A DNA stretch of 55,503 bases, the filler included, from Platydemus manokwari (Eukaryota), in NCBI GenBank assembly GCA_037951405.1. It is 5 parts of 5 records of this genome, joined end to end, with 100 filler letters (N's around TTAATTAATTAA, not from the genome) between each part and the next. Parts side by side here need not be neighbours in the genome. Positions count along the whole stretch, not along the records: positions 1 to 9,141 come from JBBMOY011293539.1; positions 9,242 to 19,376 come from JBBMOY011164991.1; 3 more parts are not named here. One strand, 5' to 3'. A program made the translations under genes and the position numbers. The notes under the pieces were generated by a model. That model saw nothing but the letters and a program-made list of their open reading frames with translations. It did no database searches and had not been told where the DNA came from. Position 1 is the stretch's first letter; every line of letters begins with the position of its first letter. This document shows, piece after piece, positions 1-13,532 of this stretch.

Positions 1-24
1 TGATGATTGTATTTACATATGTAG

Positions 25-3000
25 AGAGGAAAACAGACAATCAAAGAATATCCAAGATTCGAAAAAGATATCAATAGCCGTCTAGACAATCTCAATGGTA
101 CTTGGCTGGAGTTGACGAAAACTTTGGAGGATAAACTACAAAATCTAGCCAACTCAAACAGAGGTTGATTTTTGATATTTTAAATTTTTCAAGTTTTTCA
201 GAGAAATAATTTAAAAATCTTTTGATAGAATATTAGAATGTAAATGAAAAATATATATTAGAATAATTTTATCATTGAAGGGAAATACCAAAAATGGCTG
301 TTATAGAAATATGCAATATCTATGAATGACTGTTTCTGTGAAGGCTATTTATGCTTATATAATATTTATCAACACGGAATATATATATCATATGGAATAA
401 TTGAAAATACAGATCGTAATGTCGATTTATAAATAGCAACGGCTATTTATAATAATTAAAAATAAATTATCTTGATTAATAACTCTCGTTTTCACTCTAT
501 GTGGTTCAATACTTCACTTGGTCTTATTCCAAGATTGTATTGACAATAAAGGAATCGCGTAGCATGCTATTGTGAATAATAGATAAGCTAAATACATCTG
601 TCACGTGATGTTTTGTGGAGTACAGACAAAATCGATGCATTACAATATCTCAAAAAAATCACTGAACATTATGACAGATCTAAAAAGTTGCTTGTTTGGA
701 ATCGGTGGTAATAAATTTTATATTAGAAATTTAAAATGATAGTCAAGTTATCACTAAAAAACTGAGTAGCGGACAAAAACTAAATAATTTTCAATTCTTT
801 GTGACCTATCATTAATATCAGCTTAAAAACTAAAAAAAAATTTATTATTCCATTAAAAAATTCTAATGAAAGTTTAAATTAATTTCATTCCATCTAAATG
901 AATGGTAAAATTAGGTTTTTGCTCTTATGTCTTTTAAATTAAATTGTCTGTCTTTCGCCATTTAAAACTCAAAATGAATACAAATGAAGGTTTATGAAAT
1001 CGTACTAACCATTTATTTCTTGATGTTTATATGGGAAAATAAAATTGTTTGATATCGTTACTACACTGCATTGTTTAATGTCGAAATAGACAACAAAAAT
1101 TCAAAAACAAATTCGGTGGATTTTATTGTGTTAATTATTCGAATCGATATATTATCGTATTACTTACATCTCCGGTTATTGTATTGATTAATTGAGTCGG
1201 CATCAATTATTTAGATCTCTGATGAAACCATGGTGATACTTTCGATATTTTCATTTTTGTTTTTGCAATTTTTTATTTTGAATGAAATAGTATTGAATAT
1301 CTTCTACACCAAATCAATCGATAAACCAGAGCAAATTATTAAATAAATGCATGTTTAAAGATAAGATAGCAAAGTATTCATTGGTTGAATGACATAAGTT
1401 ATTCATCAGGTAATTGGCAAAAACAATCGATATTATTTTATCCTTTTGAATACAAGGAAACATATTTCAGTTATGTATTCTTTGAAAAATAAATTTAAAC
1501 CATTTAAGAGAATGATTTAAGTTAGTTAAATGACTGGAATAGCGAATTTATGTATTTGTATTGAAAATATACTTTATTGTTTTTCCAGTTTGACAGGTGT
1601 CATCATTTGTGTCTTGTCAAATATATTATATAAACAATCAATTATCCTATTTCATTTGTTTGGTGCAACCCTATAATAAATAATAATTTATTTATAATTT
1701 TTTTTCCAAATAGCTTCCTGACTCACCCCTAATCGAAAGTATTATTCTACCCAAAAATAAAACCATAATAATTAAAATCTAAAAATGGGATAAAAAACAA
1801 AAAATAGAATATAAATAAACTAGTTGCTGAATATAGCAACCATGATAATAAATTAATAAAAATAATATTAATAAATTCTAATAATAAAAAAAATAAAAGA
1901 AAGAATTTGAGAATAGTATATAGGGAAAAAGATCGAAATAAAGTAGCCCATTACGAAATATTATCTACAAATTATCGAACGTTTTTTATTACCTTTTCGA
2001 TAGACCGTTTCTTCACTGCATCTTACGAAGAATAATTTCAATAAATTTTATTTACGTAATCAATTTTGAAAAATTGTTTGGGCGCATTATCTTGTGAAAA
2101 ATAATTTCAATAAAAAGACCATTGTGCATTATTGTTCTTAATACAAATTGGACGTTATTTTAAATCCATCTACTAAGAAATTTTAATTCTTTTAAAATCA
2201 TATTTTACATTTATTTCAATGTAAAAGTTCTAGTAATAATAGCCTTTGTAATATCATTTCACATTATCATTTCAAATTTGATTATTTTGTATTCCTATTT
2301 GAATTTCACCAATATTATCGATTTGTATTCATTGTAATATCAATTATATTTTATTTCGATCAAGCTATTTATTTCATTATTAATTTATAATTTATTATCA
2401 TATTTGTTCATCCATACATACATCTTTTGGAGTGAGATATACTAATTAATTGTAATTTATAAAACAACACCGCTCAATTAATTTAAAGGATTTTAATACT
2501 TATTTAATTCTTACATAAATCTAAATTAGTTTTGATCCAAGTTACATCAAACCTATAAACCATAGTAAACCCAACATATTATTTTATTTATTCAAACGCA
2601 AATAATAATGTTATCATTGGACATTATAAACATTAAATCACTAATTTTAATAATAATTTCAAATTTTTGAATAATTATAATTATTAAATATTTTATTAGC
2701 ATTGTAAATTTATATTAAGTGCCAATCATTGTTTTGTAGAGGCTGTTTTTGAAGAATCGACCCAATCGATGATGAAATGGTTGGAAAATATTGAAAATCA
2801 AATTATAACTGATGAAGATCCAGATGATGTTCGATCAGGAGTCACATCTGTCAGCAATCAATTGAAAAAACTCGATTCACACAACAAAGAACTGGAGAAT
2901 CAAAAGAAACTTCTTGACAATTTGAAAAACCATTCCGAACTTTTAAAGCAACAAAATCCAGAAAAAGCTTTACAATATGAACAATTGGAAAAGCAAGTCA

Positions 3001-6000
3001 AGGTACAAATTGAAAATCTGTCTGCTCCTTTGGAAAACAAACTTGCTGTAGCGAATCAAATCAAACTGGGAGAACAATTTCTTCAGGACTGTGATGATGA
3101 AATTGATTGGATGAATGAAAAAATTGATTTGATTCGTTTGAGATCAAAACAAATGAATTCAATCAATAATTTACAACAATGTAATCAACTCCAGTTGCGA
3201 CATAAATCTATAAAATCTGAAGTCGGAAATAGAAAAGCTAAAATCGAATCTCTATTAAATGTTAGTGAGCGTCATTTTGATTTATAAATTGATTTACGAT
3301 TATTTATAGGAAGGTCAGAGAATGATCGATGAAGGCCATTCGAAAAAGAATCTCATCGCTGAGTCTGCCGGTAAATTGCACACAACTTGGGTATCTTTAA
3401 ATAAAGAAATCAATGATTTTCAAAATGAGCTAACAAATAAATTAAAAATCCATGAATTTTTGATGGATGCCTCAGAAATTAATGGTTGGATAAGTGAAAA
3501 AGAGTTGAGCTTGATGGATATGATTATCACTACTAAGGTATGTAGGAATTTATTGTGTCACAGAACTGTGTGTGTATATATAATGAGTTGATCACAGATA
3601 ACTTAGAATATCGCTAATGTAATTAGTTGACACTATTTTCGGCATATTATCAAGGTTGTTAGATCAAGTAGCAAAACTCTACCGCCATCCATTGTAGTTG
3701 TTAGCCGCTACTATTTTAAAATCCACACATTAAAAAGAAACTGAAAAGTCAAGACACAATCAAATCTATTTTAAATCCAAATATTTAAACAAATATTTCT
3801 AATTTTACAATTAATTTAATCTTTTTATAAAATTAAAATTAAATATGAATAAAATGTGAATAAAATTGTTTTGAATTAAATTGAGATTTAATTCATATAA
3901 AATATAAAATGCTTACAGTAGCAATAAGATTTTCGATATTAAACATGAAGCTGCTTATTGGAAAATTGTAGCGCTATTCAAGAAATTCTAGTTATTTGAT
4001 ATATTAGAGAAATTTAACCTATAATTACATATTCTAATATTCTTCATTTAGGATGTATTTCTTTTGAAATAGTTTTAAGTAGTTTTTGAAAGCTGTTATT
4101 GGAAATGTATTGGCTATAATTTTATTTTACATTACGTCTTCTTTTATTCGATGATAATAGGTATTAACCCATCGTCAATATATTCTGCGTAGATAATGCT
4201 GATAAGATTTATTCCGCTGCGTTAATAGATATATCTATATTTAGGTATAGATATTTATATATTTTTTGTTGCAGGATGATCAACACATTCGTAGAATTGT
4301 TCGACGAGAGAAAACGTTGGAACAAGAAATAAAAAATTACTATCCAAATATCGAACAATTAAAAAACACATGCAAAACTTTGCCAGTGGAATATCAAAAC
4401 GTTCTAAAAGAAGTGGAAAACAATTATACATCTCTAAAAATCATTTGTTCTGAGAAGAAGACGGAAATATCACTTTATGTAATATATTATCATACTTTAG
4501 AAATCTTTCAAAATATTGAGGTTTGAACTGGTTTTTCTTTGTGGTTTTTTTTAATATCACTGATTACAGTTGTGGATCATTGAGAAAACTAAAGTTGCTA
4601 GAATTGATGATTCGGGTAAAGATATTGATCAATGTACATTGCTTCGAGATAGGTTTGCAATATTTGCTTCGGAAACCAATAAAGTTGGAACAAGAAAAGT
4701 CAAAGAAGCTGTTAAACGTTTTGATGAACTTATTCGTGGTAAGCACCCTTTCGCTCATGCAGCATCAAATTGGAAAGATAGAATTAATGAAATTTGGGCT
4801 GATTTGTTGGAATTGATTGATACAAGAATACAGCTTTTAAAATCAGCATGGGATCTGCATAAATGGTACTGCGATTGTCAGGTATGTGATTTATCTGATC
4901 TTTTGTAATATTATTTATTCCAACAATATATGCATAATGATTACTATGATCAATATAATGATATGACGCCAAAATCCAATTACATCAGATCCCCACGATC
5001 AAGATTTAAATGATGGGTATTATGAGTTTAATGGTTGAGTCGATGAGCAGAAGTTCATGTTAATATTAATAACAGTAATGCACGCCTTCTGATAAACCAT
5101 TTTCAATCGGTATTCAATGAAAGACCGGTTTTTGTTCCTTTCTTTTCACCAGCATGGTATGGAACTTCCAAATCACCCTTTTATAATTTGCTCACTCTCC
5201 AATTTGAGTCACTTGACCGTCAGGATATGATGTGCTTATATTATTGTTTACTATTAGATTAATTTTATCAATTTTCAGAATATTGAATACTTTATTAAGC
5301 CAGTTTTTATATCATTTTATCAAACAGAATAAATATGCAAATTATTTATCACGATTGAAGTTAATCGACTAGTTTCCAATAAAATTCTCTCCTTGGTAAC
5401 CTGGACAGGTAGTAACCGTAGTCAGCAATTTATTTTCACTTAAATTTGAATGACAATTGAGTGATCTCGATATAAATTTAATTGTACAGTTGAGTTATTT
5501 CCTTAACGATGATAAGCGGGGATACCACCCATTTATATTTAGAAATTATTCGAATTTTCTATAAGAACTTTAGTTGATAAATAATTTGGCTTAATTCCTT
5601 CAATTTATACCATTCAGCTGCTTTGAGGTGATTACTTAGATTAAAACAATGTCCTTAAATTGAATTCATTTTTAATTTTGATAACTGATGAATCTTGAAG
5701 TAAATATTTGTTTCATATATTACCATGGCTTTTCGATTAGTTACTTTAAAAATCAATATAATATTAAAATTTCTTTAGTTACTGATAAATTGTAAGTAAC
5801 TATTTCATTACGTTAATTTTAGTTTCTCATTGAATGTATTGAAGAAAAGAAAGTTTCCATTCAAACTATTAATGAATTAGGAAAAGATTCAAAGTCTGTT
5901 TCAATTCTGCAAAGGAAGTTGAAAAACTTTGAAAAAGATTTAGCAAGATTGGATTCAGATGTAAGCACAATTGTTTTAATCAACATAAATTCACATTAAT

Positions 6001-8072
6001 TTACTAGATCACAAACGCTATCAATGTTTCTGATACCTTGTTGCCTCTTTATTCTCAGGAGAAAGAAGAAAAGTTAACGAAGAAACGCAATGAGCTAATT
6101 GAAGCTTTTAAATCATTGAGAAAATTGCTGGAAGATCGTAAATTGAACAATGTTGAATTGGCAGATTTTAATAATTTCATGGCAATGGTCAGAGAACTGA
6201 TTCATTGGATCGATGACATGAATATTCAAATGGAAATGAGACACAAACCTCGAGACGTCAGTGGAATTGAACTGCTGTTGGCCAATCATAGATCACTGAA
6301 AATCGAGATGGATTCCAAGGAGGAGAATTTTTCTATTTGTTTAAATCTCGGTCGAACTCTGTTGCGAACTAAACATATTCGATCTTCCGAAATCAGATTT
6401 AAATGCAAAGAGGTTTGTTATTATTCTCATAATATTATTTAAGAATATAAATGTCGAATCGACTTTAATCGAGAATAAATGGTCTTAAATAAATGTAAAT
6501 ACTTGAGATATCCTTTTGACCCACTCTGTATAATGGTCAATTCTTTTGATAAACCCTACCGTGTTTTTCCTATTATAAGAGGTCGTTTATATTATTTTCC
6601 GACGAAAAAAGTGGAGCACCGCTTATATTTTGTTAACTATTGCTTAAAAAATCATAATATATTTTTATTATAATATTTCCAATGTTTTAAAAAGATAGGC
6701 ATTTTAATCAAACACAGTTAAATCGTCCTCTTCTGCGACATCTTAAAAAAACTTTTTTATATTTACTACCTCTTATATTCGGGATACCGCTTATAATAGG
6801 AAAAACGCGATAGTATTAAATATTCGTATTATTAGGTTACGGAAAAACGTGATCTACTATTCAAAAAATGGTTCAATGTTTTGGATCATTTATCTTTGAT
6901 GGTAGAAGTATATCAATGGGCTCGTGATGCAGCTTCAGCTGAGGCTTGGGTTATTTCACAGGAATCATATTTGAGTAATGACAATTTGGGAGTGACACTT
7001 GACGAGACACTGGCGTTACTGAAGAAAATTATCATCTTCCAAAAAACGAATATGAGCCAAGAAGAGAAGTTCGAGCAATTGAAAAGACTAACAACAGTAA
7101 ATCACCACAAGTCATTTGATAAAATATTTAAATTTTCTGTAGCTTGAAATTCGGTCGCAAAAGTTGAACACCGAACGCAGATCCATTCACGAAGCCTCAA
7201 TAAATATCGAGCAGACGGCTGAACACAGAGTTCAAGAAATTGTAGTCCCGAAAACTGACAAAGCACGAACATCACAACAGATGTCCAACACAATGAAAGC
7301 GTCTCAACCGCAACAGAATATTCGCAGATTCAACAGCATTGATAGTTCGCTGGATCAAGAATCAACTATTAAAGAATCACAGTATTTTCCTCAAAACACT
7401 TCTCGTCCTGGCACCAGTCGACCGATCACACATCATGCTACTATGTCACCTGTTCCACAGAATAAGCCTAAAAAGCGCCCTCAACCGTCGCATTTAATCA
7501 AACCAATACAAAATCTTTCTGCTTCGTCTGATACTTTGTCTGCTGGATCAAAAGGTCCTCGTACTATTCAACCAGAAGATATTACAATGCAAGGTCCTCT
7601 TTATAGGAAGCATCAGTGGGAAAGTCGAAATCAAAAAGCCTCGAATCGTACTTGGCATTCACTCTATGTTCTTGTATCTCAATCACGTATGACATTTTTT
7701 AAAGATGAGCGTCACTATCGAGAAAAACCTGGTCAATATTACAAGCATGAAATGCCTCTAGTTCTTTGTGAAGTTCTGGCCGCACCTGCACAAGATTACT
7801 TTAAACGTCCTTGTGTATTTCGAGTTAGATTTCGCAATGGATCTGAATATCTATTTCAGGGAAACTCAGTTGTAGATATGACTCGTTGGGTTGAGGCCAT
7901 CAATGCTGCCTCTCGTCCATTACGTCCGTCAAACACAAATCCAAACACAAACACAAATAACACCATATCTACTACTCAGTCGCATCCAAACCTCAGTTCA
8001 TCTCTACAACCACATGAGCCACAGAAAAGCAGTTTGAAACGGTTCTTTTCTTCAATTCGCTTGAAAAGGTGA
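25..8072 (+). CDS. SPTB: Beta-spectrin, 3' part (spectrin repeats, tetramerisation partial repeat, PH domain); 5' end lies outside the window
   Basis: Exons joined in consistent phase with GT-AG introns: 25-163, 2740-3260, 3310-3537, 4275-4520, 4570-4881, 5823-5960, 6008-6412, 6836-7096, 7143-8072. Beta-spectrin motifs: WKDRINEIWADLLELIDTR, KPRDVSGIELL, WARDAASAEAW, RLTT|LE across the 7097-7142 intron. PH domain GPLYRKHQWES...NRTW...EYLFQ...MTRWVEAIN. AATAAA at 8243. The symbol is family-level, not a specific ortholog. Confidence 0.95.
6559..6810. mobile_element. ~250-bp MITE (Tc1/mariner-pogo type) in a spectrin intron
   Basis: Left end CCGTGTTTTTCCTATTATAAGAGG pairs with right end CCGCTTATAATAGGAAAAACGCGA (about 24-bp imperfect TIR). 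TA on both sides (6557-6558, 6811-6812). No coding capacity. Confidence 0.75.
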
Positions 8073-8562
8073 CAGGATGAATATCAACATATCATTCATA
8101 GATATCACTATTATCGATTGCCTTATATTATAGTACTGAATATCGTATTATCTCTCGCCATATCATACAGTTGGAATATTAAAAATTTTTATTGTGTAAC
8201 ATTCTCTTTATTTTGACATTTTCGCAATACATTTTTTCGACGAATAAATCTGGTACTGGTTTTTATAGATTGTCGAATTTACGCGGTGTAGATTTATTCA
8301 ATATATATTTTAATAAGGTAGTAGTTTCATTTTTTTAAATATGGATCATTTCCAAAATATTGTTTTAAAAAACATTCATGAATGAGTTATAAACTTATAA
8401 ACCCCTTTATTTTTTAATAATATTAAATTGTTCAAAATTGGAATTTCCAAATCATCAGCGTTTTGCCATCTATTTTGAAATTGGACATCAGTAGCAAAAA
8501 AATAATCTAAATCTATGGATAATTTTATAAGTGATTTTGAATAAAATTGAATATTGATTTAA

Positions 8563-8934
8563 CCACTTAAGCATCTCGAACAAGACCCTCTCGCGTATCA
8601 AATGTGTTCCGATTTGCGCTATCCCGAGCACCTCTCGCCAATTATAAATATTATGTTTGTATTTTTATCCTGAGCGTTACCTTCTCGCCCGTTTGTATTT
8701 CATAGAGCTTTGTGTATATTTATTGTATGCTCATTCGAATTAAGTGCGTTTTCAGATTTGTTTTAAGATTTATCATACAAAGTTGAATTTTTAATTTCTT
8801 ATAAAATTAACGTTTTCAATTTTTTGTTTTTTTAAGTTTATATTATGATTTCTACTTTATCAATTTTACAAATAAAAACAAAAAACCCTGCTTTTTTGGA
8901 CTACATTTCACATAAAAATCCTCGCATTAAGTGG
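8563..8934. mobile_element. 372-bp TTAA-flanked MITE (piggyBac-like)
   Basis: TTAA|CCACTTAA ... TTAAGTGG|TTAA: 8-bp perfect TIR, TTAA at 8559-8562 and 8935-8938, interior more GC-rich than the flanks. Confidence 0.6.
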
Positions 8935-9071
8935 TTAAACAAAAGATTCCAAAACATTTCTGGTTTACATAAAAAATGAAAAGATTATTAAACATGAGAT
9001 TAATAAACATTTTAGCAGTAATTAGTTTGTATGTTGATTATGCTATGTCCTTATGTCGGAATTAATTAATA

Positions 9072-9141
9072 TTAGGTTGTCCCATATGAAATGTCCGATT
9101 TTTATATATTGAACTTTAAATCAAAATTTTTTAAAAACTAC
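9072..9141 (+). mobile_element. Mariner-like terminal inverted repeat cut by the contig end
   Basis: TA|TTAGGTTGTCCCATATGAAATGTCCG resembles TTAGGTTG-type mariner termini. It sits right at a contig break, as expected for a high-copy repeat. Confidence 0.45.
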
Positions 9142-9241
9142 NNNNNNNNNNNNNNNNNNNNNNNNNNNNNNNNNNNNNNNNNNNNTTAATTAATTAANNN
9201 NNNNNNNNNNNNNNNNNNNNNNNNNNNNNNNNNNNNNNNNN
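9142..9241. other. Artificial contig linker (44 N + TTAATTAATTAA + 44 N)
   Basis: Exactly 100 bp. The 12-mer puts stop codons in all six frames. Identical in four places. Confidence 0.95.
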
Positions 9242-9455
9242 TTTATACAGCCAAAGATCAGAGCGATGTCAGCAAATTTTAGATAAATTTTATTATTAAA
9301 TTTATATCATTTAATCAATAATAATAATAATGATTATTATTATTAAGAAATTTATATTAATAATAATGGAAATGGTGATCAATATATTATTAATAACAGT
9401 AATATGAGGATGAAAATTATCTATTTTTCTCTCATTATTAATAATCGATACAAAT

Positions 9456-9463
9456 TATATAAA
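9456..9463 (+). promoter_or_regulatory. Candidate TATA box of secreted-protein copy A
   Basis: TATATAAA 40 bp upstream of ATG 9496, conserved in the paralog's upstream region (13565-13572, minus strand). Confidence 0.45.
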
Positions 9464-9495
9464 TACAACATTTTTTCAGACGAAATCAATCAACA

Positions 9496-10302
9496 ATGTA
9501 TTTTTGGAGTGCTTTAATTCTTGTTTCACTGATATCTCATGGACTATCAGCAGATCCAAATAACGGTAGTATTGATTGAGTTTTCCATNNNNNNNNNNNN
9601 NNNNNNNNNNNNNNNNNNNNNNNNNNNNNNNNNNNNNNNNNNNNNNNNNNNNNNNNNNNNNNNNNNNNNNNNNNNNNNNNNNNNNNNNNNNNNNNNNNNN
9701 NNNNNNNNNNNNNNNNNNNNNNNNNNNNNNNNNNNNNNNNNNNNNNNNNNNNNNNNNNNNNNNNNNNNTGTTCACAATCAATGGATCTAATTGTGGACAC
9801 CTTTTTAACGAGAATGACTTCAAAGATTAGAAATGTATCGATACCCGATGTCAAGGTATCATCAGCAGAATTATCTAATACAAAAGTAGATGGACTGAAC
9901 AGAATGAAACGTAATTGCGACATCAAATTATCTTTCAATCCAGGATCCGCTGATTTGACTGTTAAAATATGCATCGCAATCGATGAAATCCATCTAATAA
10001 CTAATATGAAGATCAATTTATGGATTAAAAAATTCAACAATGTTGTTAGATTGACGCTTAAAAATACGAACATTGAAGCCCAAGTTTTTATCCCATTTCA
10101 AACCGGTGGACAGATGATCGCTAAACAGATCGATATTGTTGGAATCGAAAGTGTGGAAGTGGGAGCCGACGGAATCTTAAGTGGTTTTGAAGATATTATA
10201 AATCGTTTGATGAAAACTGAAATAAAGAACTCTCTTATAAAGACATTAAGCAGTCATCTTCCAAATGTCGTCAACAAAGAATTAGCGAAACATCTGATCT
10301 AA
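9496..10302 (+). CDS. Secreted ~203-aa protein, copy A (possible TULIP/BPI-LBP/group-7-allergen-like lipid-binding fold)
   Basis: Exon 1 (9496-9565) encodes the signal-peptide-like MYFWSALILVSLISHGLSADPNN followed by a GT donor. The intron and exon 2 acceptor fall in the N gap (9589-9768). Exon 2 resumes at CSQS-MDLIVDT and ends at TAA 10302. Colinear with copy B. The fold assignment is inference. Confidence 0.8.
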
Positions 10303-10639
10303 CAATGTTATTGTAATATTGAATATAAAATGCACTGCCTCTTTCCTGCATATGGTGTAAAGCCGGAAATGTTGATATTTTGTGAATATTATTTCAAAAT
10401 CAACAAGTGTGAAACAATTTTTTTAAGCTACAGGTTGCCATGGTAAATAATGTTTGGTGTCATTTATGATTGTCGATAAGTTACTGTTGTTCATTGATCT
10501 GATAAAAGAGGAGTCATATATTTCTATCTATGAATTTTAAGATAAACGTTTCAAATAAAATTGTTGTTTTCGCATAAAATCTGGTTAGCTTGGTTCATTT
10601 AATCATCAGACAAGTATTTTTTCGTCGTACTTTCTGATA

Positions 10640-11530
10640 CATCTATGAGTGCATCCTCTTCCTTTTACCGTCTTTTTTCTTTTCTTTTACTTATCTCTAG
10701 TTGATATGTATCATATTGACTCTATCACAATGACGAGATATGCACAGGAGGTTGATGCGAATTTTATACTCCTCCATGGATAATGAGCTCACACGATTAC
10801 CTGCTTCGGCTTGCACATCGATTTCTTCATCTTCGTTATAGATGCACAGTATTTTTCTTGAATTATCGTAACAAGGATTTCTGCCTAAATGGCATTATTT
10901 TAATCATATCGAATATTTATTTAACAGTGGACATTCAAACTTTTGGTGTCCAAGTTCATCAAAGCAAAAGCAAGCTCCTAGTTTTAAATAATCACAATCG
11001 TTGTAAAATTCATCCGCAATACTCTTCTTTGATCTTGTTGGCCTCGCATTGTTGGAAAATTCCCTGTGAATAACTAGTGTATGATGATATTGGAATACAT
11101 AAAACTATCTTTACAGCGCTATTGGACTTGGCTTTTTATAATAAGTCCCCTTATGAAAGGCTTTTCTCTTTTTCGAGAGTGAAAGACTCTTTCAATTTCT
11201 TTATAATTACGCCGTGTAAAATAAATAGTCCTCAAATTTCTTCAAGAGTGATTTTCTTGACAAACACCTCTGTCACTAGTTTCTTTATACAAAGCTCACC
11301 ATTGTGATACTTTTTACCTAGCCTTGCCGCATTGATGAACAGTGCAGTACAGTGTTTTTAGTAATTATTTTTAATTAACTTCATTTTCAAAATACTTTAT
11401 AACATTATCAGCTTTGACTTGGCTTTGTTGATCACTGTGACGTTTATTTTTTACTCACACTATTTCCCTAATTAGTTAAGTTTATAAATTCACTGTTATC
11501 AAACTTTTCCAGTTGTCTTGTAACTCATTT
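10640..11530 (-). mobile_element. Heavily degraded retroelement-like sequence (possibly Gypsy RNase H/integrase)
   Basis: Purine-rich minus strand with stop-riddled coding-like texture next to a Gypsy RT relic. No clean motif could be recovered. Confidence 0.25.
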
Positions 11531-11539
11531 GTAACTCAT

Positions 11540-12600
11540 CTCTCATTATTTAGTATTAGATGAGAGAATTATAGTGAAGAGGAATTTGATAATAACCGAT
11601 TCGTTGATTAAGATGAGGTTTAAGCAAGCTGAGAATAGTTTCAAGTGGATTTATATTGAAAAGAATTAAAGTTGGATAGAAAAGATAAATGAAATAAACG
11701 ATGACATTTGGAATTTAGCTGGATTGTATAATTTATGTTCGAAAAAGCGAGAAAATATAATAGATGAGATTCTAAAAAACATTGAGCGGAACTTAGATGA
11801 TTAACTAAATTCTGAGGATGAGTATAATCTTATGGATGTTCTATCGAAATAAATAAATAGTTTTAGTACAATTACAGAAGACTTAATAAAATGTGAGAAT
11901 TTCATTAGGGTTAGAAGTTAAACATCTAATAGATGAAATATTGGAATAAAACTATATCAGTCCAAATAATTCAGCGTGGAATTTCCCTATAGTGCTAGTT
12001 AGGAAACAGGATGAGGCGATTAGAATGTGAGTATATTGAAAACAGGTAATTTTGGACCAATTTTTCCTATACCCAATTCTGAAGAAATATTTGATGCTGT
12101 ACAAGAAGCCGGGCATCTTTCAACAATAGATTTGGAGAACGGTTATCATCAAGTTGAGTTAGAGGAATAAACAAAATACAAAACAGCATCGAGCACTAAA
12201 TACGGGCAGTTTCAGTTTAATCGAATGTCTTTTAGGTTATGTTCAGAACCTGCCACTTTTCAGAAACTTAAGGATGTGGTATTGAAGAATGAAATATGGG
12301 CAAATTCATCTAGATGATATTCTGATATTTGAAAGAACAGTCAATGAACACAATTAAAGGTGATAAAGGAATATTAACGTACGCATCAAGAATACTGACA
12401 AAAGAGTAGCGAGAATATTTTATAAAAATTCAAGTATTAAGAAATTTATTGTCAGAAATAACTCTGAGAATGGCTACTGAATGGGGATTCCTTAAATACA
12501 TCACAATATTATGTATGGAAAGCAGAGATGAAGATATTTGAAATGGAAATAGAATATAAGAAAGTGAAAGAAAGCAATAAATCTCAGGAGCAAAATTAAA
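11540..12600 (+). mobile_element. Ty3/Gypsy pol (reverse transcriptase) relic
   Basis: Stop- and frameshift-interrupted motifs at ~11960-12360: NSAWNFPIVLVRK, FPIPNSEEIFD, STIDLENGYHQVEL, KTA.STKYGQFQFNRMSF.LC..PATFQ, LDDILIF. Confidence 0.85.
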
Positions 12601-12802
12601 TTTTAGATATCAGTGTTCAATCGATAATTTTGTAGAGATCACTGGTTTATTCAATTCTTAAATCAATCAAAATGCATGGATACACAACATCAAACCCATA
12701 TTTTATAAGATCAATGAGCAACAATAATTCGATAGATTTTTAATAAATATTTACAAAATATAGAAATATATACATATTATATTGATTATTACAGTGTCAC
12801 TG

Positions 12803-13367
12803 TTAGATCGGATATTTGGCTAATTCGGTATTGATGACATTCGGTAGTTGATTGCTTAATATATTCATCAGAGCTTCTTTAATTTTAGTTTTCATCAAGA
12901 AATTTATAATATCTTCGAAACCACTTATAAGTCCGTTGACTTCCATTTTCACACTTTCAATGTCTACGATATTGATCTCCTTAACAATGATCTGTCCACC
13001 AGATTGAATAGGAATATATAACTTGGCTTCAATCTTCGTATTTCGGAATGTCAATTCAACAAGATTATCGAATGTTTTCACCACCATATCGACCTTGAGA
13101 ATAGTTAATAGACGGACCTCATCGATTGAGATGCATATCTTAACATTCAGATCAGCAGATCCGGGATTGAAAGATAATTTGATGTCACAATTACGTTTAA
13201 TTCTGTCCAGTCCGTCTATTATTGTACTAGACAATTCTATTGGAAACTTCTTGATATCAGGTATCGATATATCTCTAATCTTTGAAGTCATTCTAGTTAA
13301 TAGGGTGTCCACAATTAGATTCATTGATTGTGAACATTGAAGATCTGATCATAATAATAATAATAAC

Positions 13368-13421
<54 letters not shown>

Positions 13422-13532
13422 TGGATGTCTGTAATGAATACTGAATACACAATGAATACTACCGTTATTGGGGTCTGCTGATAGTCCATGAGATATCAGT
13501 GAAATAAGAATTAAAGCACTCCAAAAATACAT
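12803..13532 (-). CDS. Secreted 203-aa protein, copy B (paralog of 9496-10302)
   Basis: Exon 1 13532-13463 (MYFWSALILISLISHGLSADPNN, phase 1), GT-AG intron 13462-13345, exon 2 13344-12803 (DLQCSQSMNLIVDT...ELAKYPI). About 64% aa identity to copy A over 173 aa by hand count, no indels. Confidence 0.85.
13351..13421. repeat. (AAT)n microsatellite inside the intron of copy B
   Basis: About 23 AAT units with one AAC interruption. It explains the poly-Ile ORF 13293-13532. Confidence 0.95.

Noticed and set aside
4523-4972. Overlapping alternative-frame and antisense ORFs in spectrin (4523-4816, 4564-4758, 4784-4972)
   Set aside because: Shadow ORFs of a real exon with no independent motifs.
9186-9197. 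Recurrent TTAATTAATTAA palindrome spaced about every 10 kb
   Set aside because: Always centred in 44+44 Ns; an assembly linker, not a biological repeat or CRISPR-like array.
9476-10073. ORFs containing long X runs
   Set aside because: Artifacts of translating through the N gap or antisense to the real gene.
13293-13532. ORF with a poly-isoleucine tract
   Set aside because: Read-through of exon 1 into an (AAT)n intron; the true protein splices it out.
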